In this document: one piece after another, positions 22,401 through 34,400 of the stretch | Numbering within the stretch: the stretch's first letter is position 1 | How the letters are laid out: every line of letters starts with the position of its first letter | DNA from: Tubulanus polymorphus | Lineage: Eukaryota > Animalia > Nemertea | NCBI RefSeq assembly: GCF_964204645.1 | Contig: NC_134033.1 | Coordinates: 8,130,655 to 8,194,654 of the forward strand | Reading direction: 5' to 3' | DNA length: 64,000 bases | Translations under genes and position numbers: made by a program | The notes under the pieces: model-generated | The model's input: only the letters and a program-made list of their open reading frames with translations | The model's database searches: none | What the model was told of the DNA's origin: nothing

Positions 22401-25400
22401 TACATAGTTTGGGCTCATATCTGCAAGTATTAATTTCGCAAAATTCTGGGGGGGGCCCCTGAGCTGGACGGACTCACTGTGGCCAACCGGTCTTCCCTGT
22501 GCTACAGTGCTCCATTCCGTGCTTGGGTAAGTGCTCTCTTTTTCCCTCTTACCTTGCGTTTGAGCGGTGGTTTTTCTATCTACCTTTCCCACCATCCTTG
22601 TGCTAGGCTAGTCTAGCAAAAACCATAGGAAAGGGTACAGTACTCGATGGAAATATTACAATTTTTGGAACTAAAATTTGTATTTCCGAGTAGTACTTAC
22701 CCTTTCCTATGGTGGGAATCCCGCCCACCTGCCCCGCATAGCTGTTTTTTTTGGTCTGCTATGACGAAAAAAGATGGCGGATTTCGCCGGTGGCTAAATG
22801 CAATACCGCAGGGCCGGGTCGTATAGAAAAACCATTGGCGATAAATCCAAATTTAGAAAATATTGGCAAAAACCATAGGAAAGGGTAAGTACTACTCGGA
22901 AATACAAATTTTAGTTCCAAAAATTGTAATTTTGAATCCCTGCTGAGGGGGGATGTGTCTACTCGGACAAGGGTTCGTACTGTGACAGTCTCATGATGTT
23001 ATCAGTTTTGAATCCCTGCTGAGGGAGGATGTGTCTACTAAGACAGGGGTTTGTACTGTGACAGTTTCACGATGTCATTCGGTAGAAATTGCTTTCACTA
23101 ATTTACTTATCTTCGAAGGTGGTTTAAATACTGATGATGAGGAGGAAATTAGAGGAAGGAAAAGAAAACGCAGCAGCAGCTCTTCGGAAAACATTGCCCA
23201 ACGCCCAGCAACGATCGTCACAACAACGCCGAAATACGGTAATACAGCAGGCAGTACCGGTAACCACGGTGACGGATCATCGCTGTCAAATTTAGCTCCG
23301 ATGAAAATCACGTTCAGTAAAAGTCCGCAGCGCATTCAACAGAGTTCTTCGGCACCTTCACAGAAGGTATTTCATATTTTAATGATCGATGTATGTATGA
23401 ATTAGCGTATAAAGATTAAGAATAGATGCAGTGTGAAAACTACTGAAAATAATGCCTCATGACCATTGGTTATTTTGAAGATGATTATACAGGCTTTCTA
23501 TCGCTGTATAGATTTGGTCAATCAAAGGTCAAAAGTTTGACCCCTTGAAACTATAGGTGGCACTCTAGTGCATTGGACATTCTGCTGTCTATTGGTTTAA
23601 GCTTGTGAAAGACAAGGCAAATTTCATCGAATTGATTTATTGAATTTGAAGAGAAATATACATACTGAATCATCAGATCATTTGAATTATATCAGCGAAT
23701 CTGTGTCTGCACGGAATTCACCTGTCAACCTGATATGCTGCATGATTCGTCGATTAACTCTGTGAATCTTGACTGGTTGTTGTCCTACAGACAGTATTTA
23801 ATCTACGATTTGCTTATCTTTTAGGTTATTCTAGTATCTAGCAGTCCATCAGGACCGACAACATCTCATCCAGTCACTCCGTCTGCTCATAAACTAACTT
23901 CAGTTCCGATCATGAAATCTTCGTTAAACGCGACTTCGACGAGCTCAGTGACCAGCTATCCGAAACCTTCCGCTGTCATGCCGAATTCCAACAATGGCAA
24001 CCTTGGAAACATTGTTACCGTGGCGACAAACTCTCAGCAGACGACTGCGCATCATAGTCAAGGTTAGTGAGTGTTCAATAAGTTCATTTCCAGATGAGAT
24101 ATGAGCTGGAACCTGAATCAAATTAGACACACAACTGTGTTGCTGGATCTAGAGTCAAAATAGACCCACACAACTGTGGAACTGGATTCAAAGTCAAATT
24201 ACAGTGTTCAAAGCGGTCATTGAAAGTCATGGAATGGGAATGGGTTAATTCAAGGCCTCGAAAGTCATGGAATGGCTTCCAAAGTCCTTGAATCAATGTC
24301 ATGGTCCTTGAATAACATCTGCCTTACACGCACAAAATCTATTGTATATAGACATTATGATTCTAGGACAATTGCCCCCTGGACAACTGCCCCACTCCCC
24401 CCCCCCGAACAATGGCCCCCGAATAAAATCCTTTTTGATTTGGATTAACACCACCCAAATTAGACGAGAAGATACACAATAGCCGTGTATGAAGATGACG
24501 AGAGAAACGCCTGATGATGGCTAACAGTTGTTAGCCGAAACGTCGCTCCTCAAATACAATCATATAGAATTTTTCAATTTTGGCTTTGTTATTGTGGGAT
24601 TTCTCTCACCACCCAAATACTTTACTTAAAAATTCATTTGTATATTATTGAATATAGATTTATAAGATATAGAATTACTGATGTTGTGTGCAGATCAAAA
24701 ACTTTAAATCAGTCCTTGTGTAATTATGATTCACTTACCAAATTAAAGAAAATTTAGTAAGTCCACTTATTAGTGCATTAGTTAACGTTGGCTAATTTAT
24801 TGGAATTAGTTTTAGTGTTACTTTAGCCAATCTAAGACTTTAAAGCAGTCCTAAAGTAATTAGCTAGAATTAGTTCATTTAGTCTAATTAATTAGACGTA
24901 AATATCTGTGTTACTTTAAGATTAAAAAGATTTAATTTTGGGGGCAATTGTCCCGGGGGGGGGGGGCAATTGTACTGATGCCCTACACATTATATGAGAT
25001 CTGGTCATTATCATTTGGTCTAGTTTACAAGACTGGTACAAATGACAGTCAGTGGAGAATGGGGGTCATTTTAAGTGGTCATTTTAGTTCAGTCGAGGAC
25101 ATGTCCTGGGGCCTGATTGATGAACAGTTGGAATCGGGTCATGGATTTGGGGTCAGAAAGGTCCTTGAAAGTCGTGGCATGAGACTGGTCACTATGAACC
25201 CTGAAATTAAACCCATACAGCTGTGGAACTGGATCCAGAGTCAAATCACCCCAACTCAAATGTGAAACTGGGTTCAAAGTCTTAATCAAACCCATTCACT
25301 TGATGAACGGATTTAAAGTCTAAACCCACTAAAATGTGGAAATGGATCTATAATCTAATTAAACCCACTCAACTGTTGAACTGGATCCAGAGTCAAATCA

Positions 25401-28400
25401 AACCAACTCAAATGTGAAACTGGTTTCAAAGTCTTAATCAAACCCATACAACTGATGAACTGGATCTAAAGTAAAAACCCACTAAAATCTAGAATCTAAT
25501 TAAACCCACTCAACTGTGGAACTGGCCCTAGAATCTAATTAAACCCACTCAACTATGGAACTGGATCTAGATTCTAATTAAACCCACACAACTGTGGTAC
25601 TGGATCTTGTGTCATTAGATTTTCCCAACTTTTTCACTTTTACAGATTTTTTTATCTCAGGTAACAACTCATCGATTGCGATGGGAACAACAAAAATACG
25701 GCCTCGACTGACGACGATTCAGCGCCCAAAACTAGCGTCTCCGAAGCCGGTGCATTTACAGCAGTCGTCGGCCGGTAACATGCAGCCAGTGTCCGGTATT
25801 CAGTTGAAACAGGTCACTAATAAACCGACAATACAAATCAAACAGGAAGGAGGCCGTCTTCATTTTAATAAAGGTAAGAAATATTGCTTATCACTCATGT
25901 TTATTGTAGGGATCTATGAAAACCTAGGGGTCAGTGTTATTTATAGGTCCTGGTTGATATGAAATCCTGCACTGTAAGTTATAATAAGGTCTGTGTTTCC
26001 TTCAGTTACTTGACCTTTCGGCTATTATTCACCTTCAGGAATACTAGTGTGAGCCTTTGTACTGGTATTACAGTCCAGAATGTAGAAACTTGATTTAGTA
26101 ATGATATGCGTTAAATCTAAATTCATGAGAGCGATCGCAGAACAACTTTTTCAGGAGAACCATTAGTTAACTCTTGAGTTGAAATGAGTTCATTTTAGAT
26201 GAGTTAACTCAGAACAACTTTTTCAGAATAACCATCTGGATCTAGTTAAGTTGTGCGTTAGAGATAATGAGTTCTATTTCCGTCGAGTACTGTACCCTTT
26301 CCTATGGTTTTTGCCAATATTTTCTAAATTTGGATTGATCGCCAATGGTTTTTTCTATACGACCCGGCCCTGCGGTATTGCATTTAGCCACCGGCGAAAT
26401 CCGCCATCTTTTTTCTTGGCGTTCTCGCAGTAGAACGCATTGGATTTTTTCGCCGTAAAAATCTGGGAATTAGGATATTAGGGAGTTTTCACTCTCATAA
26501 CGGTGAGTCCGTTCGGTTTGGGGGTTATCCCTAGTTTCTATTTTTCCGTAAGAAATTTATTTACAAATATAATTTGATTGAATTGAATTGTTTTGATTTG
26601 TAACAGGATAATTATGCCACCCCCTCCTAAGGGTCAGCATCGTGGCGGGGAGGGATGCGGGCATTTGTTTGGCGCCTGGGACAACCACGATACATGTGCG
26701 TCGTGCAGGCGCAAATCCGGTCAAATATGTGCAAGGAGCAATCCTTGCAAGATTTGCGACGTGTGGTCCGAGGACCTTTGGCTTCGGGCCGATAAGGCTC
26801 TTAAACTAAGAGATCGTCGTCGAGTTAGCAGGGATTCGTCGGTTTCGGCCGACGTGCCAACCGACGTTTCTAATCCTGTTTCTTATCGTAAAGCGGAGCG
26901 GTCGCCGGTCGTTCAGGTACGATCCGCTTCCCAATTCCATTCACCTGGGAGGAACGCTGGTTCACCGGCACCAGTCTCCGGTCATTCACCGGTCTCTGGT
27001 CCTTCACCGGTTCGGCCAGTTCAGACTACATGTTCGGAACCGAGCGTGCGCCGCGGTAGTCGCGAACGGCCCGCACCGGTTCGGTCGGTACCGGTCCGGT
27101 CCGATTGGGCATCGGTCCAGTTCGGGCACCTGTCCGGTCCAGACGTCTTCTGGGGTCGTTTCTGTCGCGAGCAATTGTGGGTTGCCCCAGACGATGGGGG
27201 CTTCCCTGGCTCGCAATGTATCTCCGTCCCGTTCAGTTTTATCCGAACCAGCGGGGGACATGCCATTTAGAGTGATGATAAGTGAGTTCTTTGTCAAGCA
27301 CGGGGCAACTCGCGCTAAGCCCACAGCAGCTCCTCTGGTCGGTGAGTCAATGGAAGCTTATCGCCCTCCTGACTCCGATCTTAACGTTTTACGGGAATCG
27401 TCAGCGGTTTCGAGAGAATGGGCTCGATTGGATAAGCAATTATGGGGTGAATGTCGGCCTGGAACATTTTCATTTCCCCCCGCCAGAACGGGGTATGAAA
27501 TCTGGGAAATATTTTAGTTCAACCGATCCACCTATAGGCGCATTTCGCTCGGCGTATTACGCAACTCCAGGTGCTGTGGATCACAGTCATAACTGCCTGG
27601 ATGCTGATTATACTTTGATCAGCCCGGATACTGTTACAGCCCAGTCGGGTATTCGTTCGCCTAAGTCCGGTTTGGTGGACATGACGTCAATCCTGGACAA
27701 TCTTACCAGGGTTGGTTCGTTTCAAGATATGGCACTTAAGGTGTTGACGGGTGAGCTTCGCGAGACTCACGCCGCCGTTCATGCGGGCTCCGACCCAGAG
27801 TCAGTTGCCCTAAAACTGGAGGGAATGGACCGGATTATCCAATCTTTGGCTCGGTCTGTTTCGCATGTAATTCCGTTGTCGGTTCGGGGTCAGGCTAATC
27901 TTGTGTTAGCCTCCCGTCAGTCAGTGATGGACTCCAGTTCCAAAACTCGTCTACCGGATATGGTGTCCAATGCTTTGCTGAGAGCCCCATTGGGGACGTC
28001 TTCACGTCTCTTCTCCGGTTGGTGCGCTCCGGTTTCCGCAGAGCTGAGGAAGATTCGGGAGGTTCAGGCCAAGTCCAATCCCCGAACTCCGTGGAAAAAG
28101 CGTTCTGGTCCAAAGGCGGCGGCGCAAGGTTCGGCACGGACGCAAGCAGGACCATCTCAAACTTCAGCGCTTTCTCAGGCGGCTTCGGATGCCGGTTGGA
28201 GAACTAGCGCGCAACTTCAACAATCGTGTCAAGCCTCGTCCGGTCGTAACAGTTCCGGTTCGTATCGAGGCAAGGGGAAGGCTCCAAAAAGGGGCTCTTC
28301 CTTTCGGAAAAACTCGAAATGAATTCTTGGGACCAGTGGGAGGTTGTCTGCAGCAGGCAGCAACCCACTGGTCCGACCTCTTCGGAGACGGTTGGCCCTC

Positions 28401-31400
28401 CCGGGTCGTCTCTCGTGGCTACCGTCTCCGTTTCCTAAGGCGACCGCGCCTGATGAGGTCACCTCCCGACATGCGGCCAAAACCAGGTCAGGAGGCCTTA
28501 ATCTCTCCGGCTCTCAAGGAATTGGCCGAGAAGGGAGCGATAGAACCAGTTTGCAACGAAACTTCTCCCGGCTGGTTTTCTCGAATATTCATGGTACCAA
28601 AGGCCACAGGGGGTCAACGGACAGTGATAGATCTGTCATCCCTCAATCGGCACCTAGACATTCCAAGGTTCCGGATGACCAAGCCCAAGGACGTGATTCA
28701 AGGGCTCCGTCCGGGTCAATGGGCGGGTTCATTGGACCTGAAAGATGCTTACTTTCAGGTTCCAATTCACCCAAAATCTCAGCGATTTCTCAGGATAAAG
28801 TGGAAAGGCCGCCAGTTCCAATTCAGGTCTCTTCCATTTGGCCTCAGTATGGCCCCGTGGGTTTTCACCAAGTTGGTCAAGTCAGTTCAGAAGGTACTTC
28901 AGTCAAGGGGTGTTCGACTGTTCGTTTACCTCGACGACTGGTTAATAGTCGCGAATTCGGCTCAGGAATGTCGGGAGGCAATGACCTCAGTCTTGGACTT
29001 AGTCCAACAGCTAGGGTTCCGCGTAAACAGGGAAAAATCTCAGTTGACGCCGGCCCAACAGTTCACTTATCTCGGCATGGACTTCGATCTCCGAATCGGC
29101 AAAGTCTTTCCGTCTATGGTTCGAGTAGCCAAACTTCAAGAAGCTGTAGCGGGAGTGTCCACAACCCCGAGAACAGCTCGTTACTGGTCACGGCTTCTAG
29201 GCTCCATCAGCTCCATGGGTCTGGTGGTGCCCTTAGGCCGCCTCAGAATCAGGCGCTTGCAACAATATTGGAAGGTCTTCTGGTCTCAGTCGAAGGGCAA
29301 CTGGGAGGCCTTGATTCCCGTACCTCCAACCGATCTAAGTCCGGATCTTCAGTGGTGGGCGGCAACTATGAATCTTCGGCTCGGGGTGTCACTAGCCCCG
29401 TTAGAGGCTCCAGTTCGTGTATTCACGGATGCCAGTCACCAAGGATGGGGGGCACATGTGGAGAACCGAGTCAAAGCCGGGAGATGGTCTCGCTACGAGG
29501 CCACCAACCACATAAATTTCCTAGAAATGCTGGCCGTGTGGAAGGCCCTGAAGTTCTTTCACAGGAGAGTGGAGGGCCACCACGTTTGGTTAGCCACAGA
29601 CAATTCACACAGTGAGGGCTTACCTTCAGAACCAAGGGGGCACTCATTCAGAAACCCTCACAGGTCTGTCGGCCAAAATTCTTCTTTGGTGCCAGACAAA
29701 GGGCGTGTCCCTGACTGTGGCACATTTAGCAGGGAAAAGGAACGTGATGGCCGATGCTCTGTCTCGTCGAGGTCAGGCTATTGCGACAGAATGGGTTCTC
29801 CACCAAGAAGTAGCCGATCAGGTTTGGGGCATGTTTGGCAATCCGCTGCTGGATCTGTTTGCTACCCGGTTCAATTGGAGGGGTCCTCTGTTTGTGTCCC
29901 CGTTTCCAGACGCGGAAGCGTGGGGCGTCGATGCCTTCTCTCTGGACTGGTCGGGGATACATGCGTATGCGTTCCCGCCCACACCAGTCCTGCCGCGCTT
30001 ACTGGATCAAATAGAGAGATCAGTCAATTGCAACATAGTTCTGGTAGCACCATGTTGGCTGGCTCAGAAATGGTTCCTACCACTTCTCAACCTACTGTGC
30101 GACAACCCCAGGATTCTTCCGAATTTCCCATCGCTTCTGTCTCGGGGGAACTTTCGGCATCATCCAAACAGCCAGTGATTAAATCTGCTCACCTGGCCAT
30201 TGTCCAGCGATCCTTGTCAGCTTCAGGCTTTTCAGAACAGGCTGCCTCCTTTATCGCAGGATCTAAGCGGCCATCAACAAGTACCATTTACGATGCCAAA
30301 TGGAGTCATTTTGCGGATTGGTGTGCTGCAGGGGAAATTGATCCATGCTCACCCTCTGCAGCTCAATTGGCAGATTTTTTACTGCACCTATTTGTAGTAA
30401 AAGGTTTGCAGGTCATAACTATTAAAGGTTACCGCTCCGTGATTTCTCATACATTGCGTGCTTCTGGATGGCCAAATGTAGCAGGGGATCATCGGATATC
30501 CCAGCTGGTTGCAGGGTTTTCTATTTCCCGGCCTCGGGTACCAAGGACAGTTCCACCATGGGATCTGTCTGTAATTTTGAAGAAGTTAATGGAGGCTCCA
30601 TTTGAACTTCTTTCGGCAGCGTCATTTGCAAATTTGTCAAAAAAGACTGTATTTTTGCTGTTCTTGGCTTGCTCGGCCCGTCGCTCTGAGATTCATGCGC
30701 TTTCAGTCCGACAAGGTCATATTGTCTTAGGGCCAGCGAAGGAATTTGTTTCGCTGCGGCCTGCTTTGGAATTTTTGGCAAAGAACCAACGACCAGGCTC
30801 GGTTGGGCGTCAATGGCGAATTGAAGCCCTAAAACATCGAGTGGAACCGGGCATCCCGGACAGGACTTTATGTCCTGTGCGGGCGTTGTGTTGCTATTTA
30901 GATCGCTCTGCTTCACGGAGGGTTTCACGGGAGCGGTTATTTATTCCGCTGCTGGATCACCTAAAGGGTGATATTTTGCGGGACACAGTGGCCCGATGGG
31001 TCTCTTCACTGATCAAGGACATTTTATTGAAGGAGAATCTTTCCTCGGAGGGAGTGGTTTCTCATCAAGTGAGGTCTATGGCTACTTCCTGCGCAGCCTT
31101 TTCGGGTGCTCCGTTGGAGGAAGTCTGTCGTGCCGCCTTTTGGAATTCTCCATCGACATTCACGTCATTTTATTTACGGGATGTTTCAGGCCAGTTAGGC
31201 TCATTAGCTTCACTTGGTCCTGTTGTCATGGCTCAAGGTGTCCGTTCTTTCCGATCGGACCCTTTAGTGTAGAATATTTATGTTGCATTATCAGGATCAC
31301 AGGGGGTGTATCCTTGTACATAGTTTGGGCTCATATCTGCAAGTATTAATTTCGCAAAATTCTGGGGGGGCCCCTGAGCTGGACGGACTCACTGTGGCCA

Positions 31401-34400
31401 ACCGGTCTTCCCTGTGCTACAGTGCTCCATTCCGGGCTTGGGTAAGTGCTCTCTTTTTCCCTCTTACCTTGCGTTTGAGCGGGGTGGTTTTTCTATCTGC
31501 CTTTTCCCACCATCCTTGTGCTAGGCTAGTCAAGCAAAAACCATAGGAAAGGGTACAGTACTCGACGGAAATATTACAATTTTTGGAACTAAAATTTGTA
31601 TTTCCGAGTAGTACTTACCCTTTCCTATGGTTGGAATCCCGCCCACCTGCCCCGCATAGCTGTTTTTTTTCGTCTGCTATGATGTAAAAAGATGGCGGAT
31701 TTCGCCGGTGGCTAAATGCAATACCGCAGGGCCGGGTCGTATAGAAAAACCATTGGCGATCAATCCAAATTTAGAAAATATTGGCAAAAACCATAGGAAA
31801 GGGTAAGTACTACTCGGAAATACAAATTTTAGTTCCAAAAATTGTAATTTTTCAGTGAATTAACTCCTGTGTTAAATTTTAACTCACAACTGTGGACTGT
31901 GTACAAAATTGTGCTTAAGATTAAGTGGGATTATTTCACTTCGATTAAAATTCAGCTCAAATCCCTCTAATTGTGATCAGGACTCTTGCAAATAAAAAAA
32001 ATAGGAATTACAGTCAAATGTGAAATGTTCTGCACAATGTTTTCACTGTTAACAGGAATGAAGATAATAACGCATGCTCTGAGCGGTGGCGCTGGCACCA
32101 GTAAAATCCTACCAAAACCATCCAGTAGTGGCTCATCCCCGGTCGTGGTCGTATCGAGCAGTTCGCAGTCGACATCAATCGTAGGACAAAAATCGGGCAC
32201 GTCTGTCTCCAGTAAGTATAAGTAGTAGGGAATGGGACATTCATTGCAGTGGCAGCCAGGGGTATGAAGCTAGTGACAAATCTAGGGTGACCATAGGCAA
32301 AGTCCAGTCCATGATAATCATAGTTCTAAAGCCAATCTTACAACCTCAGACCTGTCTGCAGAGATGCTAGTTATCCGGAAATATCCGGAATTCCGGAAAT
32401 TTAGGATCGCCGATGTCAATTCCGGAAATTTGGTGAGAATTCCTCGCGGTGACCAGTAATGGCACGGACCGTAAAAGCGTTCGTTTGCTTGTACTCGTCG
32501 TCGCTTCTGTGTTATTTTTTCTTGGTCTCCGTTTCCGAGGATGTTCTGCTACAATGTATATATGTGTGCTTGTGGTGGTATCTGTGCGTGCGTAGGTGGA
32601 GCGCCACTGTTGTGACGCCATTTCCAATTATCTTTACGCGGCGTTGTATATCATACCGCTGATGGCCAACAATGTGAAGATGCACGTGGTAATAATTAAG
32701 ATGATATTTAATAAATATCATCTTAATTATAACCATGCGCGTGCTATGTCCTGAGGCACGCAGCTTTGTAACTTTCTTTTTGCCTGCAGCTGTCAAGCGG
32801 GACGGTCTGCAAAATGAGCACGCACGGAAAGATTGTCAGTCGGGAGTCGGCCGATATAAAGGCAATTGACAGCGGTATAAAAAATAAATTTAACTGGCAC
32901 TGGCTAGAGTGTAAGGACAGTAATGGGGACTACTTATCGAACTACATTCGTAAGTTAGACTTAGCTGGCGTGGCGTACTGCGTCGTTTGTAAACCCGGTC
33001 AAATACGGTAGTGGCAGGAAAAAAGATATTCTTCGTAACCCGGATAGCGCGCGGCATAAGAAGGCAGCGAGGGATGTGAAGCACAACGAATGCCTGCCGT
33101 CGTATTTTCAGATGAAAGATGCCGATCGTGATACTGCATCTCCGGCGATGCAAAAACGCAAAATTTTTCCTGGGGGAGAATTTTTCTGACCCCCCGTTCT
33201 AAATTCTGGAATTTTGGTACTTTGGCCCTAGCATCTCTGTGTCTGAAAAGACAAATTTTAGACTTAAGTCTTGATTCTAGAACCGGCCCGAGTGCCGGGC
33301 CAACTAAATAAAAGTGCTACACTTTACAAGCTCGCCATCTGAACACGGCCTTACATCGCCTTTTAGATAAGCTGTACTTAACTATGAACTGTATTTAACA
33401 AGAGGACAGGGTATCCAGGTCTCAATCAATCCATGTTCAGAGCTGCCAACCGTTACTGATTTTCAGTAATTGTTACTATTTTATAACGAGAGATACTGAT
33501 TTAATTTGTTTGATGCATACAGAGATATGAAAGATGTTGCTGAGAGTCTTATTGTTGATTAATGATTAATTGAACATTTTCGTTCATATTTCAATAAGAT
33601 GTTACTGAAAAAAGTTCAATTAGTTACTGATAGCACTTTTCAGAGGTTGGCAGCCCTGCGTGTTTAATCTGGGTTCTTCTGGTGTAGACACACAACAATG
33701 ATAGAGGTTTCGTCGACACCGAGAAGCAACAAATTGGAATACCGCATCTGAAAAAAAACTCACCTAATAACTGTAAATAACTCTATCTAATCTAGACACA
33801 CATTCATCTCAATCTGGATGTGTTGATTGAAGATACGTTGGTCGGGCTGGGCCCAAATTTGAAAATTGTCAGTTAATTTTCACTTAAAACAGCAAATTTT
33901 CGACGCTTTTGAATTCATATTCAACTGACAATTATTAAAACTGGGTGCTTAAGTTTAGGTAGAAGCTGCTTTGAATTCCTATGGCTACGTACCATTTGGA
34001 TTTTGGTCTTTTGAAAAAATAAGATTTTCCTAACAATTTCTCTCATTGGTTTTCAGACGCGTCACAACTCGCCGGTAAGGTCTTCAATATCACAACACAG
34101 GGAGGCAAAGTAGTCGCGACGAAAAGCTCCCCGAATGTCGTCACGGTGAACCCGAAAACGCTGCAGATAACGGCCGTGAAGGCTACAGGTTCAACCTGCG
34201 GCAGTAAGTATCTCCCTAATTAATGTTTCGATAACTTAGCCAGTCTCTGCCATCTGGCACTTAAATATTTTCTGTGTTAATGTGGTGTGAAAGAGAGTGT
34301 GATTGGGTGTACGAGGGTGGCATGAATATCATATAAACCTTAACGGGTTTCTTCATGTTTCCCTCCATCTTGAATTTTTGTATTTGTATTACTTTGTACG

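Larger units (their letters stand above)
16814..22929 (+). mobile_element. DIRS1-like tyrosine-recombinase retrotransposon, apparently intact
   Basis: Left ITR 16814-16953, right ITR with extension 22766-22929, internal complementary region ~22616-22713; gag, RT/RNase H/methyltransferase and YR ORFs all open; no TSD. Confidence 0.97.
24358..24983. mobile_element. MULE-like MITE nested in 24202-25203
   Basis: GGACAATTGCCCC / GGGGCAATTGTCC repetitive TIRs; TSD TAGACATTA / TACACATTA. Confidence 0.7.
24202..25203. mobile_element. hAT-like MITE with 6-bp TSD
   Basis: CAGTGTTCA...TGAACCCTG ends, TSD AAATTA; subterminal CTTGAAAGTC repeats; relative at 43589-44469. Confidence 0.7.
24095..25610 (+). 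repeat. 39-bp minisatellite interrupted by nested insertions
   Basis: AAACCCACTCAACTGTGGAACTGGATCTAGAATCTAATT-like units (e.g. 25502, 25541, 25580) on both sides of 24202-25203. Confidence 0.8.

Noticed and set aside
17396-22595. Small alternate-frame and antisense ORFs inside the DIRS elements and the homeobox gene region
   Set aside because: Shadow ORFs of GC-rich coding sequence with no motifs
28189-31272. 1027-aa natural RT-recombinase fusion protein
   Set aside because: Created by a 1-bp insertion near 29608 relative to copy 1; it truncates RNase H, so it reflects decay or a sequencing error
16814-31847. Two DIRS copies as a tandem segmental duplication
   Set aside because: Similarity stops exactly at the element termini and the intervening EMSY exons are single-copy
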